Assembly: GCA_001724265.1 (NCBI GenBank)
Contig: MEDY01000029.1
Coordinates: 62,001-122,548, forward strand
From: Rhizaria sp. SCN 62-66
Taxonomy: Eukaryota
Direction of reading: 5' to 3'
DNA length: 60,548 nt
In this document: piece by piece, positions 11,301-24,500 of the stretch
How the letters are laid out: each line of letters begins with the position of its first letter
Position numbering within the stretch: position 1 is the first letter of the stretch
Made by a program: the position numbers and the translations under genes
Notes under the pieces: model-generated
Told to the model about the DNA's origin: nothing
The model's database searches: none
What the model saw: the letters and a program-made list of their open reading frames with translations, nothing else

Positions 11301-14045
11301 CTGGTGGCGCCCGAGGACGGCGACCTGTGGGGCTGTGAACCGCCGCGGCCGCGCGTTCAGAGCACTGACACGCCGTACGCTGATGAGTCGATCCGCAACA
11401 TGATGGAGGAGTACGACGACATGGTGGCCGAGGCCGCGAACCCGAAGCTGTCGTACAAAGAGCTGAAGGCGCGCCGCAGCAAGGACGCGGCCTTCGACGC
11501 CGAGGTCGAGGCTGAGGCCGAGGCGGAGCTGGCGGCGGAGCGGCGTCGGAAGAACAACCGCTCTGCGCAGTCCAAGGCGAGTAACAACGACTCCGGCTCT
11601 GCGTCGTCGGCATCGTCGTCCGAGAAAAGTGACGACAAGAGCCTGGACGACATGGACGCGGAGGACAGAGAGGCCTACCACGACGCCATGGACGACAACA
11701 TCGACGACGGTGACGAGGACCAAGGCGACGACAGCGACGTCGACGGTGAGAGCGAGTACGACGAGGACCAGTACGACGAGATGCTTCGCGTGCGCGACGA
11801 GTACGGCGACGAAATCGACGCCCACGCCAGAGCCCGCAGTGCATCGTCTTCTGCTTCCTCTTCGTCCTCTGCCTCTGCCTCTGGCTCTGCCTCTGTCTCG
11901 GTTTCGTACGATGACGATGGCGAGGTCATTGAGAGCCGTGAGGCGCTTGATGCCAAGGTCTCGGCCGACATTGCCAGTGTGTTCATCCAAATCGACGCAC
12001 AAATCACCCTCAGCAACAGCAGCAGCAGCAACGGCACGAATGCTGTCAATGCTAGTGCGAACGGCAACAGCACCGCTAACAACAACCTCAACAGTACTGC
12101 TACTGCTGCTGCTGTTGTGGCTGACCAGAAGCGCGGCGTCGCCCGCGCCAAGCTGTCCGCTGCCGAGCGCGTGACGGCGGTCAAGAAGCGCAGTCTCATG
12201 ACCAAAATGGCGCGAGACAACCGTGTCGCCCAGCGCAAGCACGCGCGCGCCCAGCGTAACCGCCGCCAGAGTCGCCGTCACGGTCACAATAGCACCAAGG
12301 CCAACAGCACTGCCGCGGCGAGCAACAGCACCGACAACGGCAACGCTACTGCCGTTGCCGCACCCGTTGCTCCCAAGCTCTCCCCTGTCGGCCCCAAGCA
12401 CGCCAACGCCAACCCGCACGCGCACACGTCCGCTGCGAAGCCGCATGCCGCCCACTCCGAGCCCGCCGCCGCCGGTGCTAAGAAGGCCCCCTCTGCTGCA
12501 GCGCTGCTGTCGACGGCGAGCTCCAACTCCGGCGTCGACAAGACCGTCTTCGCGGGGGTGACGGACAACATGAGCCTCACCCGCTCCGGCGCGTTGTCGA
12601 AGCTGCTCTCGGCGATCGAGCGCTCGGCCACCGCGACGCTGCTCGCGCACGAGACCGCCAAGGCGGTCATGCAGGAGAAGCGCAGCAACAACCGGCTGAT
12701 GCGCCGCGGCGGCCGCGAGCTCTTCGCTGCTGAGGCCGCGGGGGGCAAGCTCGCTGCTGCCGCCAAGAGCGTTAAGAAGGCCGACGGCATCGTCTCCGAC
12801 TCAACCTACTTCGACGGACTGGACCAGCGGGCCATGGCCGAGGACGTGGCAGCCGCGGCGCATGCCTCCGCCGCGCTGCAGCGTGTGCGGCGCTTCCGGC
12901 ATCAGGGTGGCGCCAGCTTTGCGGGATCCAAGACGCGCATGGCGGCCTCGATCCGCGCGCGCGAGGGCAAGATGCGCCGGCTGACCGTCGACGAGTCGCT
13001 GCGCAGCGCAGAGAATATTGAGGCCGCCATCCTCGACAAGCTCAGCAACGAGAACAAGATGGAATCACGGCTCGCGCCCGAGCGCCACTACTTCCAGGTA
13101 CGACGATGATTTGCGCTAAAACAAAGATATAAGATATCTCGCTCAATTTTTGCTTGATTGAAACTCGAAGATAATATACATGTTCTTGAATTGTTTGTAG
13201 ACTCAATTTTATTCAAAGTATTTTCTCCTAATCACATATCACTCATATATCAAACGTGTATTCCTCTTCTGCGTTAGGTGGAGCTGTGGCGCGAGATGTC
13301 CCCATTCCAGCGCCACGTCGAGGAGCGCGTGGGCCGCGCCTGCTTCTGCGAGTTCATCTCGTACTCTGAGCACCTTCCCCGCACCGTGCCCCTTCCGGCC
13401 TTCGCCCCCGTGCCCGTCGCCTCGCGCCCGGCCCTCCTGCCCGGCACCATCTACACGGCGCCTGTGCCCATCGCCGAGGAGGCCGCCGCGCGTGCCGCGG
13501 CTCCCGCGCAGTGCACGCCCACGGAGGCGTCGGAGCGGCTCTACGAGAGCGCGCAGGACCTGCGGCGCATCCTTAAGGTCGTCGCGCCGTACACAGAGGT
13601 CGTCACAGTAGCGCGGTCCGACGACTACTTCCTCCCGCCAGAGCTCACGCCCGAGGTCGAGTGGCTGACGCTGTCGGCGCTCCACGAGGCCGGACTGGGC
13701 ATCGCGCGCGTCGCCGTCTCCAGAAACGCCAGTGCCGGCGCTGGCAGTAACTCGACGGCCAACAACTCGACTGCGGGTGGCATTAGCAACGCGGTGGCGA
13801 GCGACGAGGCCTACGCGGCCGCGTCCGCCGATGCCAAGGCCGCCGCCGCGGGCGCGAAGGCCCCCGGTGTGGGCGGGACCGGTAGCGTGCTGAAGCAGTT
13901 CATCCAGATGGAGCAGCTGCTGGAGCTGACGATTCCGCCGACGGGCATGTGCACACGCGCCGCGCCCTTCTGCGTCGACTGGAAGCGCCCTCGCGCCGAA
14001 CGCTGCTGGGTCACCGAGTACAGCAACGACGTCACCTTCCCTTAA
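8346..14045 (+). CDS. UPF0489 (C5orf22-like) family protein with N-terminal signal anchor and large insertions, about 1840 aa
   Basis: Motifs IHISRDHHWAF, VVHVDTHSDL, LTIANYI, VLLDVDMDFF and VTVARSDDYFLP match the UPF0489 pattern. Hydrophobic segment LMLIIAPLALFALAGWAFAL. Exons 8346-13097 and 13278-14045 (GTACGA...TAG). Stop TAA. Confidence 0.75.
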
Positions 14046-17000
14046 GCGGGCGAGAGGCAACGCAAGCACAGCACTCAGGAGTGAGTAAGCACACAATCTT
14101 GTGAAGACTGCACTGAATGCATTCTTCTGATGTTCGTGTGTTCTCATTGTGTCTGTTGTGCGTTGCGACCGTCAGCCAGCAGTCTTAATCCAGTCCCCGT
14201 CAATCGAGACAGTTAGTACGCAAATCAATTGATTAGTCGAGCCAATTAAGTCAAATCCCTCTCTCAGGTCGTCCGTCCTCCATCTATCGCAGCGTCGGCC
14301 TGTGAATAATCTGATCCCCGTCAGTTAAAATTCTTCATTTCTGATTATCACATACTCGTATTTGTCTTGTTTGTCTCTTGTTTTGTATATTGCGTCCTCG
14401 TATTTCTTAATACTAGTTGGCTCTATTTTTTTAATGTGTTTTTTAATCTCCGTGATACTGTGTGTAGGTGGGATACACGTGAGCGCACTGTTCGTATCAG
14501 TCGCTTTCGCTCACACGCACACAGTAAAACCTTCATCAGACTCTGTGTGTACATGTACATTCTCTCTTACACCGTAAGCAAGAAGTATGTTATGCAACGT
14601 AGCTTTGTTTCACCACGTGGCAACCGAAAGAACCCGCTCATGATGTATCTCTATCTTAACTCCTGTCGCACTGCTGTCTGTGTGTGTGTGATGTTTCTGT
14701 TCGTGCTCCTTTGCGACATGTTGAGTTGTTGTTGTTTTCGCTGTCCAAACGTCGCCGTGCACTGCGCCGGACCCCGGTTCGTTTCGCACTTGACGGCCCG
14801 CCGTTCACCTCTCGTGGGGTGCGGCAGGGTGTCGTGCTAGAGAGATCCGCACTTCCGCCGCACGGAAGCGACCGACGCTGACAGCAATCAGCAGCGCCGA
14901 CAGCAAACAGCAACGCCGACGCCAGCACTAAACACGAACGCGACTAACGAGCACCGCAGCGCCGGCGACGCCGATGTAGTGGTTTCTCAGCACGACAGTG
15001 CTTGCGACCAGAGTCATGTGAAGATACCGCCCCGCCAAGAGATGTGTTTTTTTTGTTTGCTACCAAAATGGCATTGCCTCCAGATCTTGAAAATACCGCA
15101 AAAAGATATCCAATGCGCGACACAATCTTGCCTTAGATTTGATTCTACTTCTAAGACTGTGGCTGTTGGTTACCTTTGCAATGCAACGTGTGCACTCAGC
15201 TCGTCGCAGTGTGCTTTTGTCTGCTGGGTGTGTTGTCTGGAATGAGTTTATTAGTTTGTTGTAGCCCTGTGTCGTGCGACTCTGCACTGTGCGCTGTGCT
15301 TCCGTGTTGGATCGGTGTTGCGTCTGGTTCACTCTGTGCCTTGCGCTCATCTCCAACGCGTCAAAACAAACGCAGAGCTTCTACTCCTTGAACACTCACA
15401 CACACGTACACACAAGCACTCACGTGTCCTGCTTGCACACACGTTATCAAATATGTGTTTTAGTCCATGTACACCTAAATAATCTACATCAACCCCCTAC
15501 ACGTACTCTTGTATAGACGTACTTGTAAACAAACTAGTTTTTTTGCTTGAACATTTGTCACCACAGCCGAAATCATTTTGCTATCAGATTGCTTCGTGTT
15601 TCGTTTTTATTTGTAGGATTCCCGAGTGTATTCTGTTTTTGGTTTAGTTTGTGTTGATTGTCTGTTTTCGTTTTGTTGTTGTTGTTGTTTACTTTTTGTT
15701 TCTTGATCATGTTAGACAACGAGCGCAACGCAGCCAGTAGCACTCAGCACGCTTGGCCGCATGTTACAGCTAGCTGCGCTCGCCTCGTATTGCTCTCAAA
15801 TCACTCACATCACTTAATCACAGTATCTCGCTCGCTTTCTCTCTCGACACCATTTCGCTTTGCTCACTTGCGAACAACTGGCATCATCACTCGTCTCACG
15901 GATCGGTGTGCGTTCGAGTGCGGCTGCGCCTTTATACGGCCGTTCGTTGTCCCTCTTTGTGTGGTTTTGACAACGGCAACACGTATTCGACTTGCGCTCT
16001 ATTGAAGCAAATCGGTGTGTTCAACTCCGAAGAGAGACGGTGCGATGTGTTGTGTATTATATTTGAGCAGTATGTTGATCTGTCATATGATTTCATCTAG
16101 ACAAATGTTCACGAATCTTCGTTTTTATATGTTTTTGCGTTTCGCCGCCAATGTGAAGTTTTTTATATCATGTGTTTTTTTATAATCGCGTTTTTTATCA
16201 TATCGCTTGTGTCGTGTGTCAATACCGGTCCACTGCTGCCATTGGTCGCCTCTTTGTCCTTGGTGCGAGTTTCAATGGTTCCCATTAATCCGCGCTTCCG
16301 AACTGAGGACAACTACAACGACAGCGGCTGTGGACGCATACGTATTCACACGACTCCAGCACTATGATAACGCGTTTTTAGTCGTTTGTTCACTCCGTGT
16401 GATGGTCTTTTCTGCTCTCTGTCCGTGTGTCGCTACTGCCGGCCCCGCCTGCTGCCGACAGTGTCGCTGCGTGATGCGATGTGATATGTTAGCGCGAGTC
16501 TGGAGCTCTCTCCAACTGCGCTCGCTCTCATGTGCACTGCAGCGCTCCCTGTCGTCAGTCGGGTGTGTCCTGCCCGCATGTTCCGAGCGAAACCTCCCGT
16601 CTCCGTCCTTGTGTCGTCATCGGCATCGTCATCGCCGTCGTTCCCACCGCTGTTCCCTGTTGGCAAGCACGCGCTACGTGTCTGCAGACTACTCTCCCCC
16701 CTCGTCTTCCAGTCCGTCCAGTCCTGTCCAGTCTCACTCGTCATCCGTTTGCCCGTCTGTCTGTATGTCCGCCCTCTGTTCGACCGATTCCCGTCCAATA
16801 CCTCCACCGCCGCCACCGCCAGCGATGCCGGTGAGCCGTTCTATTCGCAATGACGCGCCAACTCACACTGTGTTCTCACCGCCATGTTATAGTCACGATC
16901 GCGCACGCATCAACACGCACTCGCATGTGGGGCAAGTTTTGCTCTTGGGTGGGTATTTGCATGTGGATCACTACTGTTATGGCGCTTGAACACAGTGATT

Positions 17001-17205
17001 ATGTATGTTGGTGCGTTGTTAAATTCAATGCGTACCACCACTTCACATACGAGGGCTAGCCAGATCCCATCAATGGTATTGTACAGTCACCACGACGACG
17101 ACGACGACGATGACGGCAACTGTCGCAACGACACGTCGCGAGCGCACGCGCTGCCACCCTCACTAGCACCCACCAGTCTCTGTCTTCCCTTTCCCTTTCT
17201 CTCGA

Positions 17206-17235
17206 TTTCTCTCTCGCTCTCTCTCTCTCTCTCTC
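17206..17235 (+). repeat. (CT)n microsatellite
   Basis: ctctctcgctctctctctctctctctc. Confidence 0.85.
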
Positions 17236-17772
17236 GCTTGCAAACTCTCGTGTTGCGATGTGCATGTAAGTGTAGTGTGCTTGTGGCTTACGTCGATGTG
17301 TTATTCACCACAAAGCCACAATACGCGCACACGAACAGGCTCAAAGCAACCGTGTGTTTGCACCGCGACTCGCTAGTCATAGCACCTTAACTCCATTTAT
17401 CATCGTCTCCGGAAGTCAAAGACTGTGTGTTTTTTATTTCAGCGCCTTCGCCCGACGTGTTTGTTCGCTCCCGTCTCACTTCATCCCCACTGCACACGCA
17501 CACTACTACTAACGCACCACGCATTTAGAGTCTTCTCTCAATACATTGCTTTAATCAGCTGCAAAAGAATAACAATGTGAAATGTACTGAGAAAATTGTA
17601 TGGCTTGATTGAATCTAAGTATGAAAACCATTTTGTCTAAGTAAAACTTCTGTCTAGATAACCGCACAACGAAGGTGTGTATCAGGCAACACTTATGAGT
17701 CAGACACAGGAGAGAGTCACAACACTCCCTGTTCCCTCACCCTGGCCGTGCGTTCCCACTCGTGCGTTTCGC

Positions 17773-18437
17773 TCACTCGCCCATCATCATCTGCACGTAG
17801 TCCATGTAGTTGATGTTGCCGTCCTTGTCGGCCACGGCCTCGAGCTGCTTCACCAGGTCCGCCACCTGCTCCTGCGACAGGCGCTCCGACGCGTAGACCT
17901 TGAGCGACGCCGCCAGGTGGCGGATGTTGATCACCCCGGGGGTCTTGCTCGTGCTGTTGCCCGACGCGTCCTGCGGCTCAAAAACCTTGAAGGCCTTCTT
18001 GACCTCCTGGGCGGTATAGGTTGCGTTGACCTTGCGCGCCATCACCTTGACGAACTCGTCGAATTGGATCTAAAAGAGAATCACGATACGAAACAGACGC
18101 AAAATTGATAAAGATAAATTATGGTGATGCTTAAAATTAGACATAACATCTAATATCTTAGTCTTCGTGTTTTGATAAAGTCTTGTTAGAATAAGGGATT
18201 ATATAGACGTACTTCTCCGTCGTTATTCTCGTCGATCTCGTGCACCATGAGGTCGAGCTCCTGCGGCGTGACGCGCAGATTGAGCGTGTTGAACAGCTGC
18301 CCGAGCTCGGCCTTGGAGATGGAGCCGCCGCCATCGAGATCAACAAGGTTGAAGATCTCCTGGAACTCCTGTTCCTCCTCCTTGGTGAGCGTGATGTTGC
18401 CGTAGCGGGTCTGAGCCAGCGAGCGATCCTTGCTCAT
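17773..18437 (-). CDS. Calmodulin/centrin-like EF-hand protein
   Basis: EF loops DLDGGGSISKAE, DENNDGE|IQFDEF and DKDGNINYMDY. Exons 18437-18213 and 18069-17773 (GTACGT...TAG). Stop TGA. An upstream intron or exon is possible. Confidence 0.9.
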
Positions 18438-19061
18438 GTTCGTCCCCTTCTACAGCAAAATACGGGATATAATGACGAAGTCAAGACATAGAGAGGCGTA
18501 GTTATGAGATCGTGTACATTTATAAAATTTATATGTCAAAATTTCGTTATAAATTTCATATATGTCTATCTTTTCGTTCAAATCCAAAGAAAAAGTAGGG
18601 ACAGCACCTCAACGTCTCTCGACTTCGGTCGGCCTCACAAAACCAACGCCCAGACCACCAAAACGTAATGCTAATAGTGACTATTAAGGGTGTAAAGTAC
18701 CAACAACGCAAGGCATCTTGGGTTAGCGTTACAGAACGTTTGGCGGTCATAATATGCCAGGGCAGATGTTATTTAACAGGTTCGTTTCTCAGTCAAAAGC
18801 GGCCTAACTTCATCCCTTTCAGACTGGACTGGCTTGTAGACCGGCCAGGCTGGCACCAGTCGTTCTCTATTTCGATGGCAGCTACCAAAGTTGGGCCCGG
18901 AGAGCGCTCACGCAATCAGCTCAGACTGGTGCTGAAATCCGTCAACCAACAAAATACCCGCTCTCAGTGATTTTAACGTGTACACTCTTTGTATTTATTT
19001 AATAATACTTCTCACAACCCCACATTCCCCCCGCTACATCTCCCCGCGCTCCACCCAGCCC

Positions 19062-21134
19062 ATGTCGAGCAAGCCCCTCAAGGCGCGCACGGGCCTGAGC
19101 AACCCCGCCGGCCTGGACGCACCCCGCGCCGGAGCCGCGGCGTCCGCGCGCCCGAACGCGCGCAAGGCCGCGCAGAAGAAGCGCCCCGTGACGCAGGTGG
19201 AGCGCAACCTCGCGGACCTGCTGTTCGACGACGCCGCGCCCATCACCAACCTGCTCGCCCCCATCGTCGATGCCGGCACGCCCGCCGCCGCCGCCGCCTC
19301 CGCCGCGGCCGAGGACGCCGCGGCCGCGAAGGGCCGCGGCAGCAAGAAGGCCCGCGCGGGCGACGCGGCGGGCGCGCTGGCGAGCGTGGTGCGCGAGGCC
19401 GCCTCGGAGTCGCAGTCGCAGCTTGGGCTCTTCGAGCTCTCGGGCGCCGGTGGCGACGGCGCGGGCGCGGCCGCGGCGTGGGCGGACGAGGACGACAGCG
19501 CGCACGCGGTCGACATCGCGAGCACCAACCGCACGCGCAAGCTCCGCGTCGCCGAGGATGAGACCGTCATCTCCAGCGAGGAGTTCATCAAGCGCCAGCG
19601 CAAGCAGTTCACCGCCATCAACCACGTACGTTCTGTTTCGCCCCTATTTAACAACACGCTTGAGAGTGATTATATTCATGAATTTGCATGTCGTGTTAAT
19701 TCCATATGTAATCGTTGTTTTCACATGTGTTTATGTATTCTTTTTATTTAACTAACATCTTCGTCTCCATAAATCGTGCTTTATACTTGCTATTCGCTCC
19801 ACGCAGGACGCCTCGTGGGCGCAGCTGCCCGCCGACGCCGCCGCTGCGGCCGCGGCCGAGGCCCCCACCGCGGCCGACGCCGAGGAGCTGGCGTCTGCCG
19901 CCGAGATCTCCCGCCGCATCCTGTCCAAGTCGGACGCGCTCACCCACACCGGCCGCGGTCTGGGCAACGGGCCCGACGCCAGCGAGCTCGCCGCGCTGCC
20001 CCAGGTATGGACTGTCTCCGATATCGTGACGGAAAAGCATCACGACAATAACATCTAGTCACCATTTTTGTACATTATATTTACTATTTAAATATCTCAC
20101 TTTTACTAAATATTATATCATAACTCATCGTTTGTTCCTATCTCGCTACGCAGGGCCGCCTTGAGATCTCACGCCTCCCCGACGCCAACGGCGCGGCGCC
20201 GCACAACGCCGTCTGCACCGCGGCGCGCTTCCACGGCAACGGCGAGCTATTCCTCACTGCCGGCATGGACAAGATGGTTCGGCTCTTCCACTTGGACCAC
20301 GCGCGCAACCCCTTGGTGCAGGGTGTGATGCTCGAGGACCTGCCCGTGCGCTGCGCCGACTTCCTGGGCGCGTCCGAGGTGATTGCTACGGGCCGCCGGC
20401 CGTACTTCTACTCGTACGACCTGGTCAAGGGCGCCGTGAGCAAGGTGCCCTACATCCGCGGGCGCGAGGGCCGCGAGAAGAGCCTCGAGCTCTTCCGCGT
20501 GTCCCCGGCCGGCGACCTCATCGCCGTCATGGGCGTCGACGGGTACGTCCTCCTGCTGCACGCGCGGTCCAAGCAGATGATCGGCAGCCTGCGCGCGCCG
20601 TGCCCGCTCAACGACCTGGCCTTCGGGCCCGCAGGCTCGGACCTGCTCTACACGGCCGGCAACGACGGGAGCGTCATGACGTGGGACCTCCGCACGCGCC
20701 GCTGCGTGGCGCGCCGCCAGGACGAGGGCGCCGTGCACGTGCGCTCCGTGGCGGCGTCCCCCGACGGCAGCTACCTCGCTGCGGGCTCAGACAGCGGCAT
20801 CGCCAACATCTACTCGGCCGCGCTCGACGCCGGCGACGACACGGGCGCCGCCGCGCGCCCGCTCAAGGGGCTGGACAACCTCACTACGGCCATCGACCGA
20901 CTCGCCTTTTCGGGCGCCGGCGAGATGATGGCCATGAGCAGCTACCGCAAGAAGGACTGTCTGCGGTTGGTGCACCTGCCCTCGCTGACGGCCTTCAACA
21001 ACTGGCCCACGGACCGCACGCCGCTAAGCTACGTGCAGGACGTGTCTTTCTCGCCTAACGGCGGGCTGCTCTCGATCGCCAACGACAAGGGCAAGGTGCT
21101 GCTGTACCGCATCAACCACTATCTCCAGGTCTGA
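19062..21134 (+). CDS. UTP18: U3 snoRNA-associated WD40 protein UTP18
   Basis: AAWADEDD..RKLR...RKQF at the N-terminus and NWPT..TPL...FSPNGGLLSIANDKGKVLLYRINHY at the C-terminus. Exons 19062-19625, 19807-20004 and 20154-21134, all phase 0. Stop TGA. Confidence 0.92.
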
Positions 21135-21504
21135 GCATGCAGTTCGTCAGTAAATCAATCAATCAGTCAGTTACCGCTTAGTCTGGGGCTGAGAGCTTTC
21201 AGGAGCTCGCAAATGTGAATAAGTACGGATGAGGCTGTTCTATATGGTCGAATTTGTAATGCGTATTAGGGCCAGGTTTTGCATATATTAATGAATGCAG
21301 CTGTACAACTTGTAATACAAAAGATAAAAATTCCACTAAACAAAGATATGTCACTTGTCACTCAAGCAACTTTGCCGCCTGTGATGTAAAATGAGGTGAA
21401 TATAAGACTATGTAGTGTATTGGTGCGTACGCCAAAGATAAAGTATAGAACAAACTATACGTGTAAGATAAGTGCATTGTGCAGTGTAATGGTGTCAGCC
21501 TTCT

Positions 21505-24500
21505 TTAGAACAGCGTGTCCGTCGGGTTCGAGAAGATCAAGCAATTGTTCTTGATGCTACTGGTGTTACCGTAATGTGAACCCCTACTATAGAGCGGCGC
21601 TGCTGTTGTGGTCGCACTTGAGTGACCGCTCACATTCGCGCCAGAGCTGATGCTGCTGCTGTTGGGCCTTGATGAGGGAGCCGCAAAGACGACCGGCGCA
21701 GCCCGCTGCAGCGCCGTCCGCAGCCAAAACGCGTCGTTACTCTGCGCACTCGCCGCACCATTAATCGCACTGCTCTGCGCGGTGCTCGCGCTCGCACCGG
21801 TGGTGGTATCGGCGCTTGCGCTCCTGTGTGCAGGGTAGATGGGGCCAGAGCGCGACATGGGGGCGGTGGCGCCTTCGCGCGCAGCGGTGACGGCGGCCGC
21901 TTGCGCCCACTCGCCGGCACGCCACTGCGCAGTCGTGCCGGCGTAGTGCGCACTCATTGCGCCACCGCGGCCCTGTGCACTGCTGTTGCTGCTGCTTTCG
22001 TGACTAGTCGAGCCGGGGTACTTGGCGCCGGCGCCGTTGATCTGCGCGCAGACGGTGGGACGGAGCGCCGCGGCCGACGCGGGCGTGAAGGCGTTGTGCG
22101 CGACGTACCCGGGCGCGGCAGCGCTTACGCTCGCGCTCACGGGCGCATGCGGCTTGATATGGCTCAAAGCCTGGCTCTGGCCGTGGCTGTGACCCAGACG
22201 GCGACTCTGCGCAGGAGCGTGACTGTGCGAATGTGACTGCGCGTTTGACTGCGAAACCTTGTTGGGGGCTGATGCGACAGCGCCAGGAGCAGCAGCGAGA
22301 GCAGCAGCGCTCGGCACTGCGGCAACGGGGCCGGCGCGCGGGGGCCACGGGCCGGTGTAAGCGCCGCCGGTGTGAGCGCCGCTGCTCGTGCTTGCATCTA
22401 CGACGTGCGCACAAGTGCTCACCGATGCACCAGAGTGACTGTGCGCCGCTTTGGGGGCAGCCGCAAAGGCTCCTGTACTCGGGATGGCGTTCTGTGGCTG
22501 CTGTTGACTCTGCTGCTGGTTACGCTGGTGCTGCTGATGCTGCTGTTGCAGCTGCATGTGAAGATGCTGGTGCTGCTGCTTGCACTCAGGCCCCACGCAC
22601 AAGACACGCAGGAGCGCGGTCGGGATGCCAGCGTCGGTGACGGACTTATCGTCGACGCTCACAGTGCCGCTCGGATGACCAGAAGCCGCGGATCCAGCGT
22701 TCGCATGCGCGGGCGCGTGAGTGTGCACGTTGGATGCGTTACTCGTGCCCGCAACGTGCTGCTTGCTCTGCTTCTCAATATTGCGCAAGTGCGTCAACGC
22801 AGCACGCACAGCGCGCGCCTCGGCGTCCGCCGTTGCACTCGCCGCAGCGCACGCGTGACAGCCGCACTGGGGGGCGTGGGCGGCGCTCTGCGCGGCGTGA
22901 CCGTGAGCGGCATCGTGCGCAGAGACACTGTGTGCGTGACTGCCGTTGATGGGGCTCGCAGCGATATCGTGAGATCGGCTGTGGACGCGGCGGTGCCGAC
23001 CGTCGCCGTGATGCTGACTGGCGCTACGGTAACCATGACTGCGGCTGTCACGGCGACTGTGACGGCGGCTGCGGCTCGATTCACAGAAGCACTCGCCCTC
23101 GCAACACCCACAGTCAATAACATACGCAGCCTCAGCCGGACTGTTATCATGCACAGTACCGAAGCTCATCGCGTTGTGATGACTGATGCTGCGGTAGTTG
23201 CCATTGTTCGTGGTCGATACCAGAGACATCAGCTCGCGCACCAGCGCAGCCGCGCTCGCCTCCGTGCTTTCATCCTGCCTAGCGCGCGCAGCGGCGGTAG
23301 CAGCATCGCTCGATGCAGCAGCAGCGTTCGCCGCCGCCGCCGCCCCCGCAGCCGCAGCCGCAGACGCGGCGGTGCTGCGCGCGCGCGTCAGCCTCCCCGC
23401 CGCAGCGGCCGCGGCCACGGTCGCTCGCACGGCGCCGCTAACAGCCTCGCCGGGTCCCGCCGCAGCCGCCGCCAGCAGCGCCGCGGCCGCGCGCGCGCAC
23501 ACGAGCAGTGCCGCGTCGCAATGCGCGGTGAGGTGCGCCGAGACCGAGGCGTAGCTCGAGAGGCAGCGGAGCGCGCTGCGGTGACCGCGGGCGCGGGCGG
23601 CGCGCGCGGCCGCGGCGGCCACGGCGGCGACCGCTTTCGAGCTCACACACACGGGCTTCAGAGCGCTGCCTGCGCCGCCACTGGCGCTGCCGCCGCCGTG
23701 TGCGGCTGCGGCCAGCGGAGCGAGGCCGCTGTAATGTGGCGATATGGGCAGACGCAGCGCGGCGAGACCGGCGCGCGCGGCGGCAACCGGGGCGGCGCCC
23801 GCGGCGGCGGCGTTGGCGGCAGCCAGCAGCGCGCGCGCGTGGCGCAGCGCGGAGGGGCAGCAGACGTCGGCGTAGACCGCGGCGGCGCCGTGCGCGGTGG
23901 AGGCGGCCGCGGCGGCGGTGCAAAGGGCGCTGAAGTCCGGGCCGGGAATGGCGCCAGCGACCCACCGCGGGCCAGTAGCGTCGCCGTGACTCAGACTGGC
24001 GTTGCTGTCATGGCGGTGCGAGAGGTGATGCGGGCTGCTGTTGACTGCGTACGTGCCGCCGGCAAGGCTGTTAGCTGAGCTATGAGCGTTACCACTGCTG
24101 TTGCTGGGCTGGATTAGCAAGCGCACGCTGCCGCGGTCACTCACGACGGCCGTGTTGCTGAAAGCCGCCGCCTCGGCCTCGGCCTCCGCCTCCGCCTCGG
24201 CGAGACCGTGTGCAACGGCGCCGGCGACCCGGCCGGTCTCCTCGGACAGCGCGGCCATCGCATCGACGACACCGCTGGCGCCGGCAGTCTGAGCATCAGC
24301 GCCAGCGCCTTTGCCGAAACTCGCAGCAAAGAGCAAAGGAGCGCCCCATGCCGCAGCGGCCTCGGAAACCGCGGTGGCGACGGCAGCCTCGGCCGACGCC
24401 GCCGCGGCGACTGCGTTGGCCGCCGCAGCCGCAAAGGCCCGCACGCCGCTGGCGACGCCCGTGGCAGCGCTGGCGGCCGCGTCCGCAGCGGCTGCGGTCT

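Noticed and set aside
10200-12650. Long antisense ORFs (also 22372-24078, 29453-31438, 37573-38592, 51056-53254, 57425-58804)
   Set aside because: Shadows of GC-rich coding sequence on the opposite strand, with no motifs.
16207-16989. 260-aa ORF and neighbours in the 14.4-17.5 kb gap
   Set aside because: Cys/Ser-rich composition from TG/CT tracts and none of the codon bias of real genes here. Reading through the TAG of ORF 16433..16816 soon meets a TGA.
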